A DNA stretch of 64,000 nt from Bispira polyomma (Eukaryota): the NCBI GenBank assembly GCA_965649765.1, contig OZ287759.1, forward strand, positions 28,768,001-28,832,000, read 5' to 3'. This document shows, in pieces, positions 11,454-23,659 of the stretch. Under the pieces are notes generated by a model. That model was given only the letters and a program-made list of their open reading frames with translations. It was not told where the DNA came from and searched no databases. The first letter of the stretch is position 1. Every line of letters begins with the position of its first letter. Position numbers and translations under genes: made by a program.

Positions 11454-12649
11454 GGCTGTTCCACCATCAAGATAGATGGGGAGCAGCCCCGATTTTTAGG
11501 ATCCTAGTGGCACCCTGCTGAATTTTATGATCTAGGACAGGAAATACTTAAAATCTTTAAAAGTGTCCCCGACAATCCTGGACTTTGCCCGGGTGATCTT
11601 TGGGGACCCAACGATTCAACTATGATAACCAGGGCCCCAGGGGGGTCTGACAACCAAATCACCCGGGTTGACCTCCCTGATTGTGAAGATAACCCGGGAT
11701 GACCTCCCGATCTTAAAGATCTGTGAAAAAATGCCAGCACTGGTGTAGACTCATGGAAGTGTGAAGGTCCAATGAGGTAGAAGTGGCCAGCTGTCCTCTA
11801 TTTATACCCCTGTCCTGCTCAGACATAACCCCCAATGTGGCACCCCAACTGATCCGCATTCACCCCAGGTAATCTTTACAATCAGGGCGTCACCCTGGTT
11901 GATCCTAACAATCGGGGAAGCCACCCTGGTCGACCTAAACATTGGGGAAGCCACTTTGATTGATCTTTACGATCACGGTGACCAATTGGGGTGTCACAAT
12001 GATTACCTTGGAAGCCACCTCAATTGTTCAGGGTCAATGAGGTTTGCATTTTGTTGTTTTTTGGGGAAATACACCCCAATCACCCGGGGTGACAATGAAA
12101 TCAACTGGGGTGGTATTAGGGTTACTCGGGCTTACTTCTGATTATCTGGGCGCAGAGGGGTTAAATCTCCAAACCACCCATTTTCTAAACATGTTTAGAA
12201 ACTTCTCGATTGTGTTATTTGATCCCCGGATCACCAGGATCACGACCCTGACTGGCAAGATCATCATGATCGATTGAGAGAGATACAAGATTACATCCCG
12301 CGTGCCGGGGCTGCTCCTGATCTATCTTGACAGTGGTCCTTAGACCCCGACTAATTCTCATTTGCCCAGACTAATATTTACAATTGGGGTGTCATCAGGG
12401 TACTAGCCCGAGTAATCCTAACAATCAGGGAGGCCACCCTGGTTAATCTTTACAATCTTTACAATAGGAGTACTCAGGGGACCCCCGATTAACCGGGCAC
12501 AGAGGGGGGTAAAATCTTCAAACGGGGACTTTCTCAACATGTTCCAAAATTTTCTGATTATGTTCTTTGGTCCCGGATCACCTGGATTACGTCCCTGACT
12601 GTCCAGATCAATCCTGGATCATCATGATTACTTCACAGTGGAACAGCTA
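11454..12649. mobile_element. Non-autonomous PIF/Harbinger-like element (~1.2 kb)
   Basis: TIR core gctgttccac / gtggaacagc (shared with the 24885 element), tga at both flanks, GC-richer interior of short gatc/acaatc/cccg-type repeats, no coding capacity. Confidence 0.7.
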
Positions 12650-12840
12650 TGAAAAATAAGAAGATTATGATGAAAAATAATAGTGATGACGAATTTCATA
12701 AAATGTTTACATAACTGACGATCGCTGGGCAAGTTATTACAGATTAGTGGCAATAACTTTAAATGGGTTTTGTAAGGAGGTCTCAATAAATGTCTGAGAC
12801 TATTTTCTTTATATTACCTTAAAGATGTGTTAGTGGTATA

Positions 12841-12888
12841 ATGGCAATGTATTCTGTTATGCCATTGTGGGTTTACATCTTAGCCCTG
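12841..12888 (+). CDS. Candidate signal-peptide exon of the TSP1 gene
   Basis: MAMYSVMPLWVYILAL followed by CTG|GTATGT donor; phase 0 does not join directly to the phase-1 acceptor at 14609, so a further exon or acceptor would be needed. Confidence 0.25.
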
Positions 12889-14608
12889 GTATGTACATGG
12901 GAAATTTTAATTTGGCAGTAAACTTGCTGATGGTCACCGGTGTGCAGAGCAAACAACGTATACAAACCATCTTGTCCATTTCCCTCACCAGTGAACTGTC
13001 TCTCATGCTATGGCACAACATGTTTGGGGTTTAGAGTACTTTTTCTCATATTAATATAATTCATCTGTAAATAATCTTAAAGGTTTAAGTAAACTTAAGG
13101 GTAACTTAAACGAAACCCTTTAAAAATGTAGGGCCTTTTTGCATATAGCTTAATTTCTTTTATTTTCACACATTTAAAACACAGTCTCATGAAATATTTA
13201 AGGCCACCTTACAATTTAAACTTAAGATAAGCTCAAATTCTCTTAATCTTATGCTAAGCCCAGCGTACTTTAACAGACCCTAACTTGAGGCTAACTGAAA
13301 TAATTAAAATTTCCTCTAAATTTATGTGTACCTTAATTTACGATTACAATTAAAATTTTAAGGTGGCCTTTTTGCTATTGAATGTATTTCATCTAGTATG
13401 TAAATATCTTATGTACAATATGTAGTATGTAGAGTAAAACAAAATATATATCCCAACTACTAGTTTCCTGCAAGGTCAAAATAAATAATTTAATAGCAAC
13501 GAGGCACTGTACAGTGCCCATAATCAGAACCCAAATTAATGTCAAATTCCATATCCATTCAGATGACACACGTGTATACATGTCTTTAACTTGAAATAAC
13601 TGCTTAACTTCTTTTCTAGTACCTCATTAATATACAGTGTTGGAAGTTTCAAAACAAGTTCAAGCTAAATCCAGAGAAAAGAGTTTATATTGGCGACAGC
13701 TGACCTTGTGGTTAGAAAGAATTTCCTGTCAATCCCCTGTCAATATTCTGGACAACCTCGCTACTTTTGGTGACACCGTTTAAAACCTGCAATCAGCATA
13801 GGTACCACATGAAGAACCTTTGTTAAATTTGCAGCATGTTGGTTATTCCAACTGCTGCAGTTCTGACTATCACACCTATCGGTAGTCACATTGACTATTG
13901 TGTCTCACTCTTTTTCCTGCTGTTTTCTTGCAGTTTTATCTAAACAGACTCCAGTCAGTTAGAAATTATTCTTCTAGAATGCATTGGTCAGGCAATTTTA
14001 GTAATCAAATTCAGTTACAGTGCTTTTTCATGTGACCACCATGAACTAATTCACCTAGTTAAATCATATATTTCTGTCTGCAGTTATATGTTATCTATAA
14101 AGTTTTTCAGTCAAGCTTTCTTAGTATATCAGTTTATCATTTTTTTCTGTTTTTGTTCGCCATAGTGATGAGACTTTTTTGCCCATACATTGACACTTAT
14201 TGAACCCTATTGTCTTGCTATGTGACACTGTGCAATAATTTTTAAGTCACATCTGTTTGACCTTATTGCCAGTAATTTAAAATTAATTTTAGATTACCAT
14301 CTCCAGTGATCAATTTTAGATTATCCCCTTGGTAGCCTAAAATTGATTTGAAGCTATACCCTGCAATTATATATTATCCTCTGCGTTTTTTTAAAGAAAC
14401 CACCTTGAGTAAGAGAAATAGATAATAGAAATAGAAATATTGATGTCAAAGTGCAAAATAGTACAAGGTTTTTAAAAAATAGATGAGGCATTTCTGTATA
14501 AAACTATAGGAAAACATCCATTTGGAGAGTTTCAATGAGTTCATAACCTCAGATATTAGCAGATGCTACCAGTTCAGATGATAGAGGTTGTTGTTCTGTA
14601 CTTTCCAG

Positions 14609-14788
14609 TGGCTGGTGCCTGGTCTAAATGGACATCTTGGTCAGATTGTTCCTCTACTTGTGGTGAGGGCATAGAACTGAGGGAGAGGGACTGCAATAAT
14701 CCACCTCCCCAGCATGGCGGGTCGGATTGTCCAGGTAGTGACACAGACAGACGGGATTGCTTCCTCAGAGAGTGTCAAATAGACGGGG
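14609..14788 (+). CDS. TSP1-repeat membrane protein, TSP1 repeat 1 exon
   Basis: ctttccag| acceptor, G|GTAAG donor (phase 1-1); WSKWTSWSDCSSTCGEGIELRERDCNNPPPQHGGSDCPG. Confidence 0.9.
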
Positions 14789-15434
14789 GTAAGACAATAG
14801 CAGTATTGGTGTTATGCATACGGCTTATACAAGATTAATATGCAAGTGTCTTTTAGGGGGTGTCTGGCCACTGTTTTTAGTGTTGATGAAGACATTGGCC
14901 TCTGGAAACGACTAATCTATTATGAGAAATTTTGGCACTTTTTACTTCTGCTACTGTTCCATGCATCATAAATATGTATTAATGACGTTAACTTGGTAAG
15001 TTAAAATGTCATAATATACAATTTCCATGGTCCAACGTCCACAACAGTCCATGGGCAGCTTCTGTAGTGTTAATATAAATCGCCTCCAACCAACACTGCT
15101 GTTGTGGGTTCAAATCTCAGCGCAGACACATATGTTGGAAAGTTGACAGAGGACTTGCTAAAGGCCAGTAGTTTGCAGAGCAAAAAACCTGGATCATCTA
15201 CCCTGTTCTGATGATGACTTTCACCATATAATATATTACATGGCTTTGGACCTATCCATGTACTGTAGAAGTCTAGATATGTAAATTAGTTATTTCTATT
15301 ACATATTGCAATCACTCAAATTAAAATTGACACACTGTGAGTGGTTGTTTGTGATTACAGTATCAGGATTATGTATGTAAGTTCTGACAATAAAGATTCT
15401 ACCGTATAATTTATCATGGTCATGTTCCTTTTAG

Positions 15435-15596
15435 GCTGGTCTTCCTGGCAGGAGTGGGCTGGGTGTTCCAGTACTTGTGGCTGGAGTGTACAGACTCGCA
15501 GTAGGACCTGCGACAACCCCATTCCACAGTTTGATGGAGAGGACTGTCCTGGGAAAATACAGGATACTAAGAACTGTATAGTACAGAGATGTCCAG
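15435..15596 (+). CDS. TSP1-repeat membrane protein, TSP1 repeat 2 exon
   Basis: ccttttag| acceptor, CAG|GTAG donor; WSSWQEWAGCSSTCGWSVQTRSRTCDNPIPQFDGEDCPG. Confidence 0.9.
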
Positions 15597-15851
15597 GTAG
15601 GATTGCATACATCTTACAGGGTACAGAGGCGTCATTATTGATAGGTGCAACATTTTCGGATAAATATTCTTTTAAAATTAATTTATGTTTTGGAGTTGAC
15701 CAAATTATTCTCTAAAAACATGAAATGTTCCATTTGTTACTCTTCTGTTTATGTTCATGGTTAAACATGATGTGTTGGATGCTCTAGTGACAAAAATATA
15801 CAAATAAACTAAAATTACATTCCAATTCCAATTCCAATTTTTATTTGTCAG

Positions 15852-16022
15852 TGGATGGAGTGTGGGCCCCCTGGACTGAATGGACCCCATGTTCAAGCAC
15901 CTGTAGCTATGGATCACGTGAGAGACTACGTAATTGCTCGGACCCCTCCCCGGATTTTGGTGGTGCTGACTGTATAGGGCTGAGGTCAGATACCAAGACA
16001 TGTTATGACAGGGAGTGTCCAC
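15852..16022 (+). CDS. TSP1-repeat membrane protein, TSP1 repeat 3 exon
   Basis: tttgtcag| acceptor, C|GTAAGT donor; VDGVWAPWTEWTPCSSTCSYGSRERLRNCSDPSPDFGGADC. Confidence 0.9.
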
Positions 16023-18380
16023 GTAAGTGAGAGGGTGGGTGGGGGTGTGTGGGGTGGGGTTGATGACTGTATGGGGCTGAGGTCAGACACCAAGACTTGT
16101 TATGACAGGGAGTATCCACGTGAGTGGGGGGGGGGGGGGTAATTTGTTATTCGAACAAGCAGCGATTTAAGTCTTTATTAAAATTGATTGTGTCAATTTT
16201 ATACTATCATATGATTTTACAACAAAGCATACCTTTTGGTATAAATAATTTTGATCTTACCTCTATTATAAAGAACATTAGTATGCAATATTACAGTGGC
16301 CTGGTGGTTTAAAGCGCACGATTCAAAATCATTGGTCTCTTATTACCAGGTTTAATGTTAGAAATGTAGACATAGTTCGCGTTGGTAGATACAATTGAAA
16401 ATTCCATAATAAAGGTGCCTACTGTTGTTAAATTCTGTTATCAAGTTATTCTCGATTATCTTTTTTAAAGATATTTTTGAAAGGTCACTTTAGCAATACA
16501 ATATGTATATACAGAGGCTTAATATGATGTTAAAAGATTAATTAAGTTTTGACGAAAGTAGAATTTTTGCATAGGCAAACTATGAATTCTACTGCAACTT
16601 AAAATTAGCTGAATTCCTATGATGAAAACTCAAATCTGAGTTTCATGTTTAGTATAAGAGCCACAGGCCTAAGTGTTTTGGTTATTGAAATTAAAAAAAA
16701 AACATTACACATTTGTAAGGCTGGACTTAAATCAATATGTGGAAGTTGTCAAAAGTTATATCATTGCATCCATCACAGATTCAAACTCAGACCTCCCACA
16801 GCTGAAAAATATGTGGAAATTCTTGTGTTTGACCCTAAGATTAATTTTATAGAGTTAAAATATTTTCACAAATGTGTTGTCTAAATGGAACTTAAGTTTT
16901 GAAAGCATAGCAAATGCTCATTAACCCAGTTCTATCAATCACTGTTTACATTATAAAGGAGAATTTAAACATTTGCAAAAAAGTATATGCTGTATATATT
17001 TCTTTGATAAGAACAGTGAAATAGTGCAGTTATCATTGAAGTGTCAAAAGCATAATATAACTTCCATGTTATACATTAGTTGCACACCTTTGAAATATGT
17101 CCCCTGAATGAAAACTACCTTCACCAATTTTTGTCTAGTTATACCTCCAGTATGATTGAAATTGACAAGACGTATGCACATAATATGTACTGCATAGCCA
17201 GAGGACTGAAATGACAACTGACATTCATTTTTTTACAATAGAAACAGTCTACTTGTAAATACATGTCTATGAAATCAGCCATTTTGCCCTGTCTTATTTA
17301 TTCATAAATCCTATCTGTCCACTAAATTGTTTAACTGTTCTTAACAGAAAGTGCACAAATTCCATAAATAATGCACAACTAATTGTGTAAAAATATTTGT
17401 ATCAATGGAAATTCCCTGTGTTAGCTCCAGGATATTCCCCATTTAGCCTTTTATAGACTGCACTTAAAACAACATGTTTTTAGTGCTGCTATCGTCACTC
17501 ATATAACTGCAGTTCTTGTTTATACTGCCATTTAACTTGGATATTTTTGACAATATAGTTGCAAGGTAGTTACATAGTTAAGTAAGATCTAGCATTTTTA
17601 ATTTACATTAAACCCTTATAACATAATATTGGGTTAACCGAACGCCTCCACAGTCTTTTGTTAAAGAATGTTAGCATTATGTTTGGACAATATTAGCAAA
17701 ATTGAGGAACATAAAAGGGGCAGTTATCCCAGTTATCCAGGAAGATGTAACCTTGGATGAGGGAAAGGTGGGTGCTGACTGATGTAAATAGGTAAACTTT
17801 GAGGTGCTTCCTGAAAGAGGTAAAATGGGGGCTTGACTTAATATGTAATGACGAAGAATTAATACTGGTGGATTTTTGGTGTCTATAATTTTGGTTCATG
17901 ACAAAATATATACATGTATTATTACAAATGTGGGATATGTGTTATCAAACCCGTGTGCCTCAAATAAACTGTAGATTAAACCCAAATGACTGTTGTGAGT
18001 TTGTCACCTATATCCTTATAAAAGAGAAGTAACCCATGTGTGTAACTATTTATTAAAAAAAAAAAAAAATGAAAGCTGAATTTACGTCCTACTATAAAAT
18101 ATATGTAGATCTTTGGTTTAAGTGAGTTTTAAATAGTACTTAGGATTGTCTTTATAGCATGAAGTAACAAACTTATTAGATGGTGGCCTTTTTTTAATCA
18201 GTTACCAAAATTTAAAATGCTTCTTCAAGTAAATGATAGTGGTTGTGCAAACTAAATTTGCTGAGTACTTTTTCAAAAACAGTTCATATTTCACCTTCTA
18301 TCAACTGTAAACTCGCATCACACGTCAAAAAGTCTTATATTCAGATATTCCATAAAAGTGTCGTGTTAATTTAGGATATC

Positions 18381-18387
18381 TATATAA
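18381..18387 (+). promoter_or_regulatory. TATA box of the tRNA-Sec gene
   Basis: TATATAA at -32..-26 relative to 18413; animal tRNA-Sec genes use upstream TATA/PSE elements. Confidence 0.6.
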
Positions 18388-18412
18388 TGGCCCCTAGTAC
18401 AGTCCAACGGTT

Positions 18413-18499
18413 GCCTGAATGAACCTCAGTGGTCCGGGGTGCAGGCTTCAAACCTGTAGCTGACTGACGTCAGAGTGGTTCAATTCCACCTTTTGGGCG
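18413..18499 (+). tRNA. tRNA-Sec(TCA): tRNA-Sec (selenocysteine, anticodon TCA); may be a decaying copy
   Basis: 87-nt GCCTGAATGAACCTCAGTGGTCCGGGGTGCAGGCTTCAAACCTGTAGCTGACTGACGTCAGAGTGGTTCAATTCCACCTTTTGGGCG; nearly co-linear with the vertebrate tRNA-Sec sequence as I recall it; TCA anticodon 18448-18450; long variable arm CTGAC/GTCAG; G discriminator. Confidence 0.93.
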
Positions 18500-19721
18500 T
18501 CACTATATTTATGACTTTATATATTCAGTTTATATAAAGGAAACTATTTCAATATAGTGATATCAATACAGTTGAAACTATATAGTCCATGCTTTTGTAA
18601 TAACATGTTCCCCAACATTCAAAAGTATCAACTGCATAAAACTTTCATACCATTCTCAAACCATACTGAAGTTAATGGTCAAGAATTGTACATATCTAAA
18701 CAAAGATCCTATGGTACGATTGGTTACATTTTCTGTTATGAGAGTTAAAGAGCATGTCACATTTGAATACGCTGAATTTATGTCAAAGCCATAAATTTAT
18801 GCTAAAGCAATGAATCTTGGCTTGGTGATGTCTACTTTAGTGAACGTGATCTTTTTGAGTTAACCATCACTAACTGGTGCCTTAAATAATATATCTGATA
18901 AGATAACTGTATCTTTCCATTTACTGTACAGTATTTAACCACACTCCAGCAATTTAAATACATCAATACTGACAATTCTTTCGCCATTGAATCTTGCCCT
19001 TGTGATATAACCTAAGCTGTTGAAAAATGCTGTAAAGCCCAACTAAATTAATATTCAAATTGTAGATTGAATCTGACTGCTGTGATATGATCTATCAGGG
19101 TAGATTTGTTACGATTTTCAACCTTTATAGGACTCTTTTGTGGCTGTGGTGGCTTAGTGGTTAGAAGCGTCTGCTTCTCAATCACTGGTCTTGCACTAGA
19201 CTGAGTTTTCTGTCCTTGACAATACTATGGGTTACTAATTGCGCATGGTGAGGGACAGAGTCGTTTACTGTACCAAATCGTTGTAAATGTGTAACAGCAC
19301 AAAATAAGAGACAGACAAAACAAATTCTTTTGCCATATTTATTGTGGTTATATTGATTAATCCAATAGTCGTACACAATATAATAACTTAAATGGCCAAC
19401 CAAAAAGTACTTGTTTTCAATATTTGAAAATATTTCTGTATATTTCCTTTTGAAGAGAACATAATAAACTGCTGTGTCAGATTTATAATGATTTGCTATA
19501 GTAAATGACTCTGTCCCTCTACATGCGTACGTCAGAAATTGTTGACGCGGACAAAAAACTTGGTCTAGTCTTGCACCAATGCTGGTTCAAATTGTGTGTT
19601 GTTTCCTTTATGTGGAAGAGTTTGCCAAGTACTTCAGCACGGGTTTCCTTTTGCCAATGAAATTGGCCGCTGTGAAAAAATGCCGAAAAACCCAACTAAA
19701 TTAAAAAATTTCAAATTGCAG

Positions 19722-19892
19722 AAGACGGAGGCTGGACGAAGTGGACCTTGTGGTCCTCCTGCACATTGACCTGTGGTGGAGGCCACAGAGAACGGGTACG
19801 GTTCTGTACCGCCCCGTCTCCAAGGTACGATGGAAGCTACTGCCAAGGCAACGGTACTTATGTACAGCCCTGTAATATCATGGATTGTCCAG
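19722..19892 (+). CDS. TSP1-repeat membrane protein, TSP1 repeat 4 exon (absent from ORF track)
   Basis: ttgcag| acceptor, CAG|GTGAG donor (phase 1-1); (Q)DGGWTKWTLWSSCTLTCGGGHRERVRFCTAPSPRYDGSYCQGNGTYVQPCNIMDCP. Confidence 0.9.
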
Positions 19893-21634
19893 GTGAGAGA
19901 AGAAACAGAAACTTGTAGGGGTATATAATGCAAACACAAGTATATCAAATAGGTATTTTTCTTCTATATAGGCAGTGTATGGGATATCAAGGAGCATCTG
20001 AATTCGAGGATCGTCATTTTGCGTTTGTTTCAAATGTTTAAAACAGTAATTTTTACAGGTATAAAATAGAAATATTGTTAGTATAATTAAACAAGAGCAA
20101 TATATATACCGATTTAACAAGAGCAATATATACCTATTTAACATATTAAAATGCATGTATTTTTGTATTATTAATTTTGGCCAGTTGCTATGCGATTGAA
20201 TGCATCCTCGATGTACGGTACACTGACTATACAGAGGTAATATATGGTTATAGCCTAATTAGGTTTTTTTTGTGTGAAATTTTATATACTCAAAATGTGT
20301 TGGAAGTTGAGAAACGGCTAAGATATTTACAAATAAATAAGGGTACCCATATTTACGTCTTGATTTGTAAGCTGCGAAACTGACTCCATTATGAAGTACC
20401 ATTCAAAGTAGAAGGGAATTTAATTGGGGTACCCGTCTATGAACTTAAATATCTAAGCCGCTTCAGATTTTAATGAAAAAAACTCACAGTAATCACAATA
20501 AAATAAGCTTTCTTGTGCCATTTTTAACGTAAACATCCGATGAATATTGAGTATATATCGAATGAAACCTATACCTATAACAAGGTATTTGTTCATTTTT
20601 GTTCAAAAATCTGACCGACCTCTCGATTTTTTCGCTCCCTGACTAATAAAATATGTTGGGGCAACAGACGTCGGTTGACATCTGTTCTGATCTGATGCAA
20701 ATATGCTGAAAGAAGCACTTGGTAGTATTGTATAATGACCGATAAAATCGGCTGATGTCGGGAGAAGGCTTAGAATGCTAAAGTGCAAAATACTCTAACT
20801 ACTACGCACCAGAGACAATTGTTCATGGTTTTAGTGGCTAAACTTCAATTGACAAATGATGTCATATTAAATGTACACACTCCACAAGAGAAGAGCCATA
20901 ACCTGGTCTAAGGCTTTAAATATGGAATCATATTGAATTTAATTTCAAGGAACAAAATTTAAAAAATGAATAAAAACTGTAAAAACTGATTCCAATGCTT
21001 TATTAACATTATTTATTAAAGAATCTTGTGGATAATAGCAGCTTCTTAAAAATATGCACAATAAAAAAAAAAAATAAAGCCTAATATACATATTTTTAGT
21101 AAATTAGTTAAAGAAGTAATAATAATAATAATGTAGACCACAAAAGCATATATTATAAGCCAGTGGGGCTAAATTCCACAGTCCAATGGACAGGGTGCAG
21201 CCATATTGAAAGTAGTTCACCTGACAATCACAGTATTAGGGTTCAGTATTATACTTTAGGGTTTAGCGTTATGTATTCATATGCCAAATCCAAAAAGCCA
21301 ATTCAGCATTTCGAGTGAGCATGTATAATTTCCTGTGTGTGTGTTTTGGTTCCGGATAAACAAACCACTGAAAGATAACTAAACAGATCACGTATTCACA
21401 TTTTGGTAAATTAATGGTTATGACGTACAATTATTGTAAAAATGAACTTATAATCAAGAAGCTCTCATTAAAACAGTTCTGTAGATACCAAGATTGTTTT
21501 TAATAAATTTAGACATTTCAAGTAGACGGAAATTGTTGATATTTTGAGCTTTTATTTATTCCGAGTTGGACATGAGCACTTGAAATGCTGAACTGGCTTA
21601 TATAGTTTTATGTCTTACCACAATTTTTCCCCAG

Positions 21635-21840
21635 AAATTGTGGCATTGATAGCTGAGCAGGAGATCAAGCCCGTTGAGGCTCCTGGGGCGGTGAGTATAG
21701 GGATGATAGGACTGGCCTTCTGTGGGGTACTGCTGGCATTTGTGATAGTCCTTGACTTGGCCACCATATCCAGGCATTTCTCCTACATGAAGAGGAATGT
21801 GAGGTACTTCAAAGATAGGGTGTGGACACACAGAGGAAGG
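21635..21840 (+). CDS. TSP1-repeat membrane protein, transmembrane exon
   Basis: tttttccccag| acceptor (phase 1), AGG|GTGAG donor (phase 0); AVSIGMIGLAFCGVLLAFVIVLD TM helix followed by a basic segment. Confidence 0.85.
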
Positions 21841-22650
21841 GTGAGCTGGTCTTATAAGTTAATATTTGTAACTCTGTTTGTGGCCTTTTGACCTTCAAAC
21901 CTTGCAATGGCTGTCGGGTTATAAGCTATCTTTTAAAATAATTCTCAGTATTAGTTATGTGGATAAAAGGGGTAAGCTATGCAAACAAATGGTGGAATCC
22001 TATACTAGCATGACACTCCTTTGTCCGTGATTCTGATAGGCCGAAAGCTTCGGTAAAATTCTGTACATACACACTGGTGGTTCCATCAATCCCCCATGTA
22101 AACGTAAGAAATATGGAACAGCCTGTGTTTACATATGTTTATGACCAAAAGAGATGGTATTTGGTTAAATTTGAAGTAAGTTTTATCTTTTTTATTATTT
22201 TGTCATGTTAGAATTAGGAATAACACATTCCAAAGCATGGTATATCTATACCCAGGATTAAAAAAGTTAAGGCTAAACATTGAATTATGGTAAAATTTAG
22301 TGTATTTCTGTTCCACAATTCAGTTGGCTTGAAAAGTTTATTCTAATATGTTAATCTGGTGAGGATTATGGTATTTTAATATTTATATACTTACACATTC
22401 TTTTTAACATAACATTTTTTAACAACAGTTTTTTAACCTAAGGCTGGTTTATTATCGACCAAAAAATTCAAGTCAAAAGTTTTAGTTAGTCATACTTGTC
22501 TAAAAATAACTCTATTGTCTAAAAATAACACTATTGTTGATCTGTAAAATTCCCCAGAGTAATATGTTTTCATCATATTTTGAGTTTTTGGACTCAACAC
22601 AAAATTATTCTTAACAAATGTTCAACAAAAATTTTAAATATTTTATTTAG

Positions 22651-22965
22651 CAACTTCACTATGAAGATAGACTTTCTTCGATGGTCAGTGGAAATAACAC
22701 AACCATTAATGTTAGCATTGAGGAGAATCAGATTGAGATTACTTCTAACCACTGCACTGCAAGTTCAACCTTAGTTGAAAACGAAAGTGAAAGTACAGAT
22801 CACAAAAATACCACTGGAAAACACCTCACGACAGCAACTGAAAGTACTGTAATCACTCACGAGGATATAGTTGTTGAGCCATACCCTACATACAAAAAGA
22901 ACATGGGTTTGAATAATATACACAAAAGACAACAGTCTTATGGCACGGGGTCTACAAAATTGTGA
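22651..22965 (+). CDS. TSP1-repeat membrane protein, last exon (cytoplasmic tail)
   Basis: ttttatttag|CAA acceptor in phase 0 and in frame with ORF 22681..22965; S/T/E-rich tail ending YGTGSTKL-stop. Confidence 0.75.
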   Translation, partial: QLHYEDRLSSMVSGNNTTINVSIEENQIEITSNHCTASSTLVENESESTDHKNTTGKHLTTATESTVITHEDIVVEPYPTYKKNMGLNNIHKRQQSYGTGSTKL

Positions 22966-23659
22966 GGGATGAAAATCTAATCAAGGGACATACCGTTAAT
23001 TCCTTTATTGATCTATATTTATCAAAGGACAAAACGGTAAACTACCAATTACCCTTTGCCCTTTACAGCTTGAGGCTTTCAATATGTGTCCATTACCTTT
23101 TTCCACTTGTATTAGTCCCAAATTTGGAAGTTCACAAAACCATAGACTTCAATAATGGGAAAAAAATCAAGGTACATACCGTTAATTCCTTTATTGATTT
23201 ATATTTATCAAAGGACAAAGTTAATTCCTTTATTGATTTATATTTATCAAAGGACAAAACAGTAAACTACCCATTACCGTTTACCTTTTCACTGTTTGAA
23301 GCTTTAAATAACTCTCTATTAAATTTTTGTGCTTACATTAGTCCCAAATTTGGAAATACACAAAACAGTTGACTTTATTAATGGAAAACTACTCCATTCC
23401 TTTTAATTTTAATGCCCAGGGCTTTAGTGGAATAGGGTGAACGTAACTTTTTATTGGCTCGTATTTAAGTCATTATGACATCACAAAGTTTTTATATCAC
23501 CAAGGCAATAATAAAACATAAAGTTTTACATGTAAAAAATTGTTAACATCAAATATACACTTTTACATATACGTTCTAAACAACCCAAAATAAATACAAA
23601 AATGTATAGGGTAGTTAGGAAGCCCCTAATAGGACATCAATATATATATTTTTTTCACT

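Noticed and set aside
13620-13714. Second exon of the TSP1 gene with TGA read as selenocysteine (YLINIQCWKF...GDS*)
   Set aside because: Phase fits the candidate signal exon, but a TAG follows four codons after the TGA, no suitable phase-1 donor was found and no SECIS was identified
22962-23372. 136-aa ORF with internal repeats
   Set aside because: Translation of the tandemly repeated arm of the foldback element
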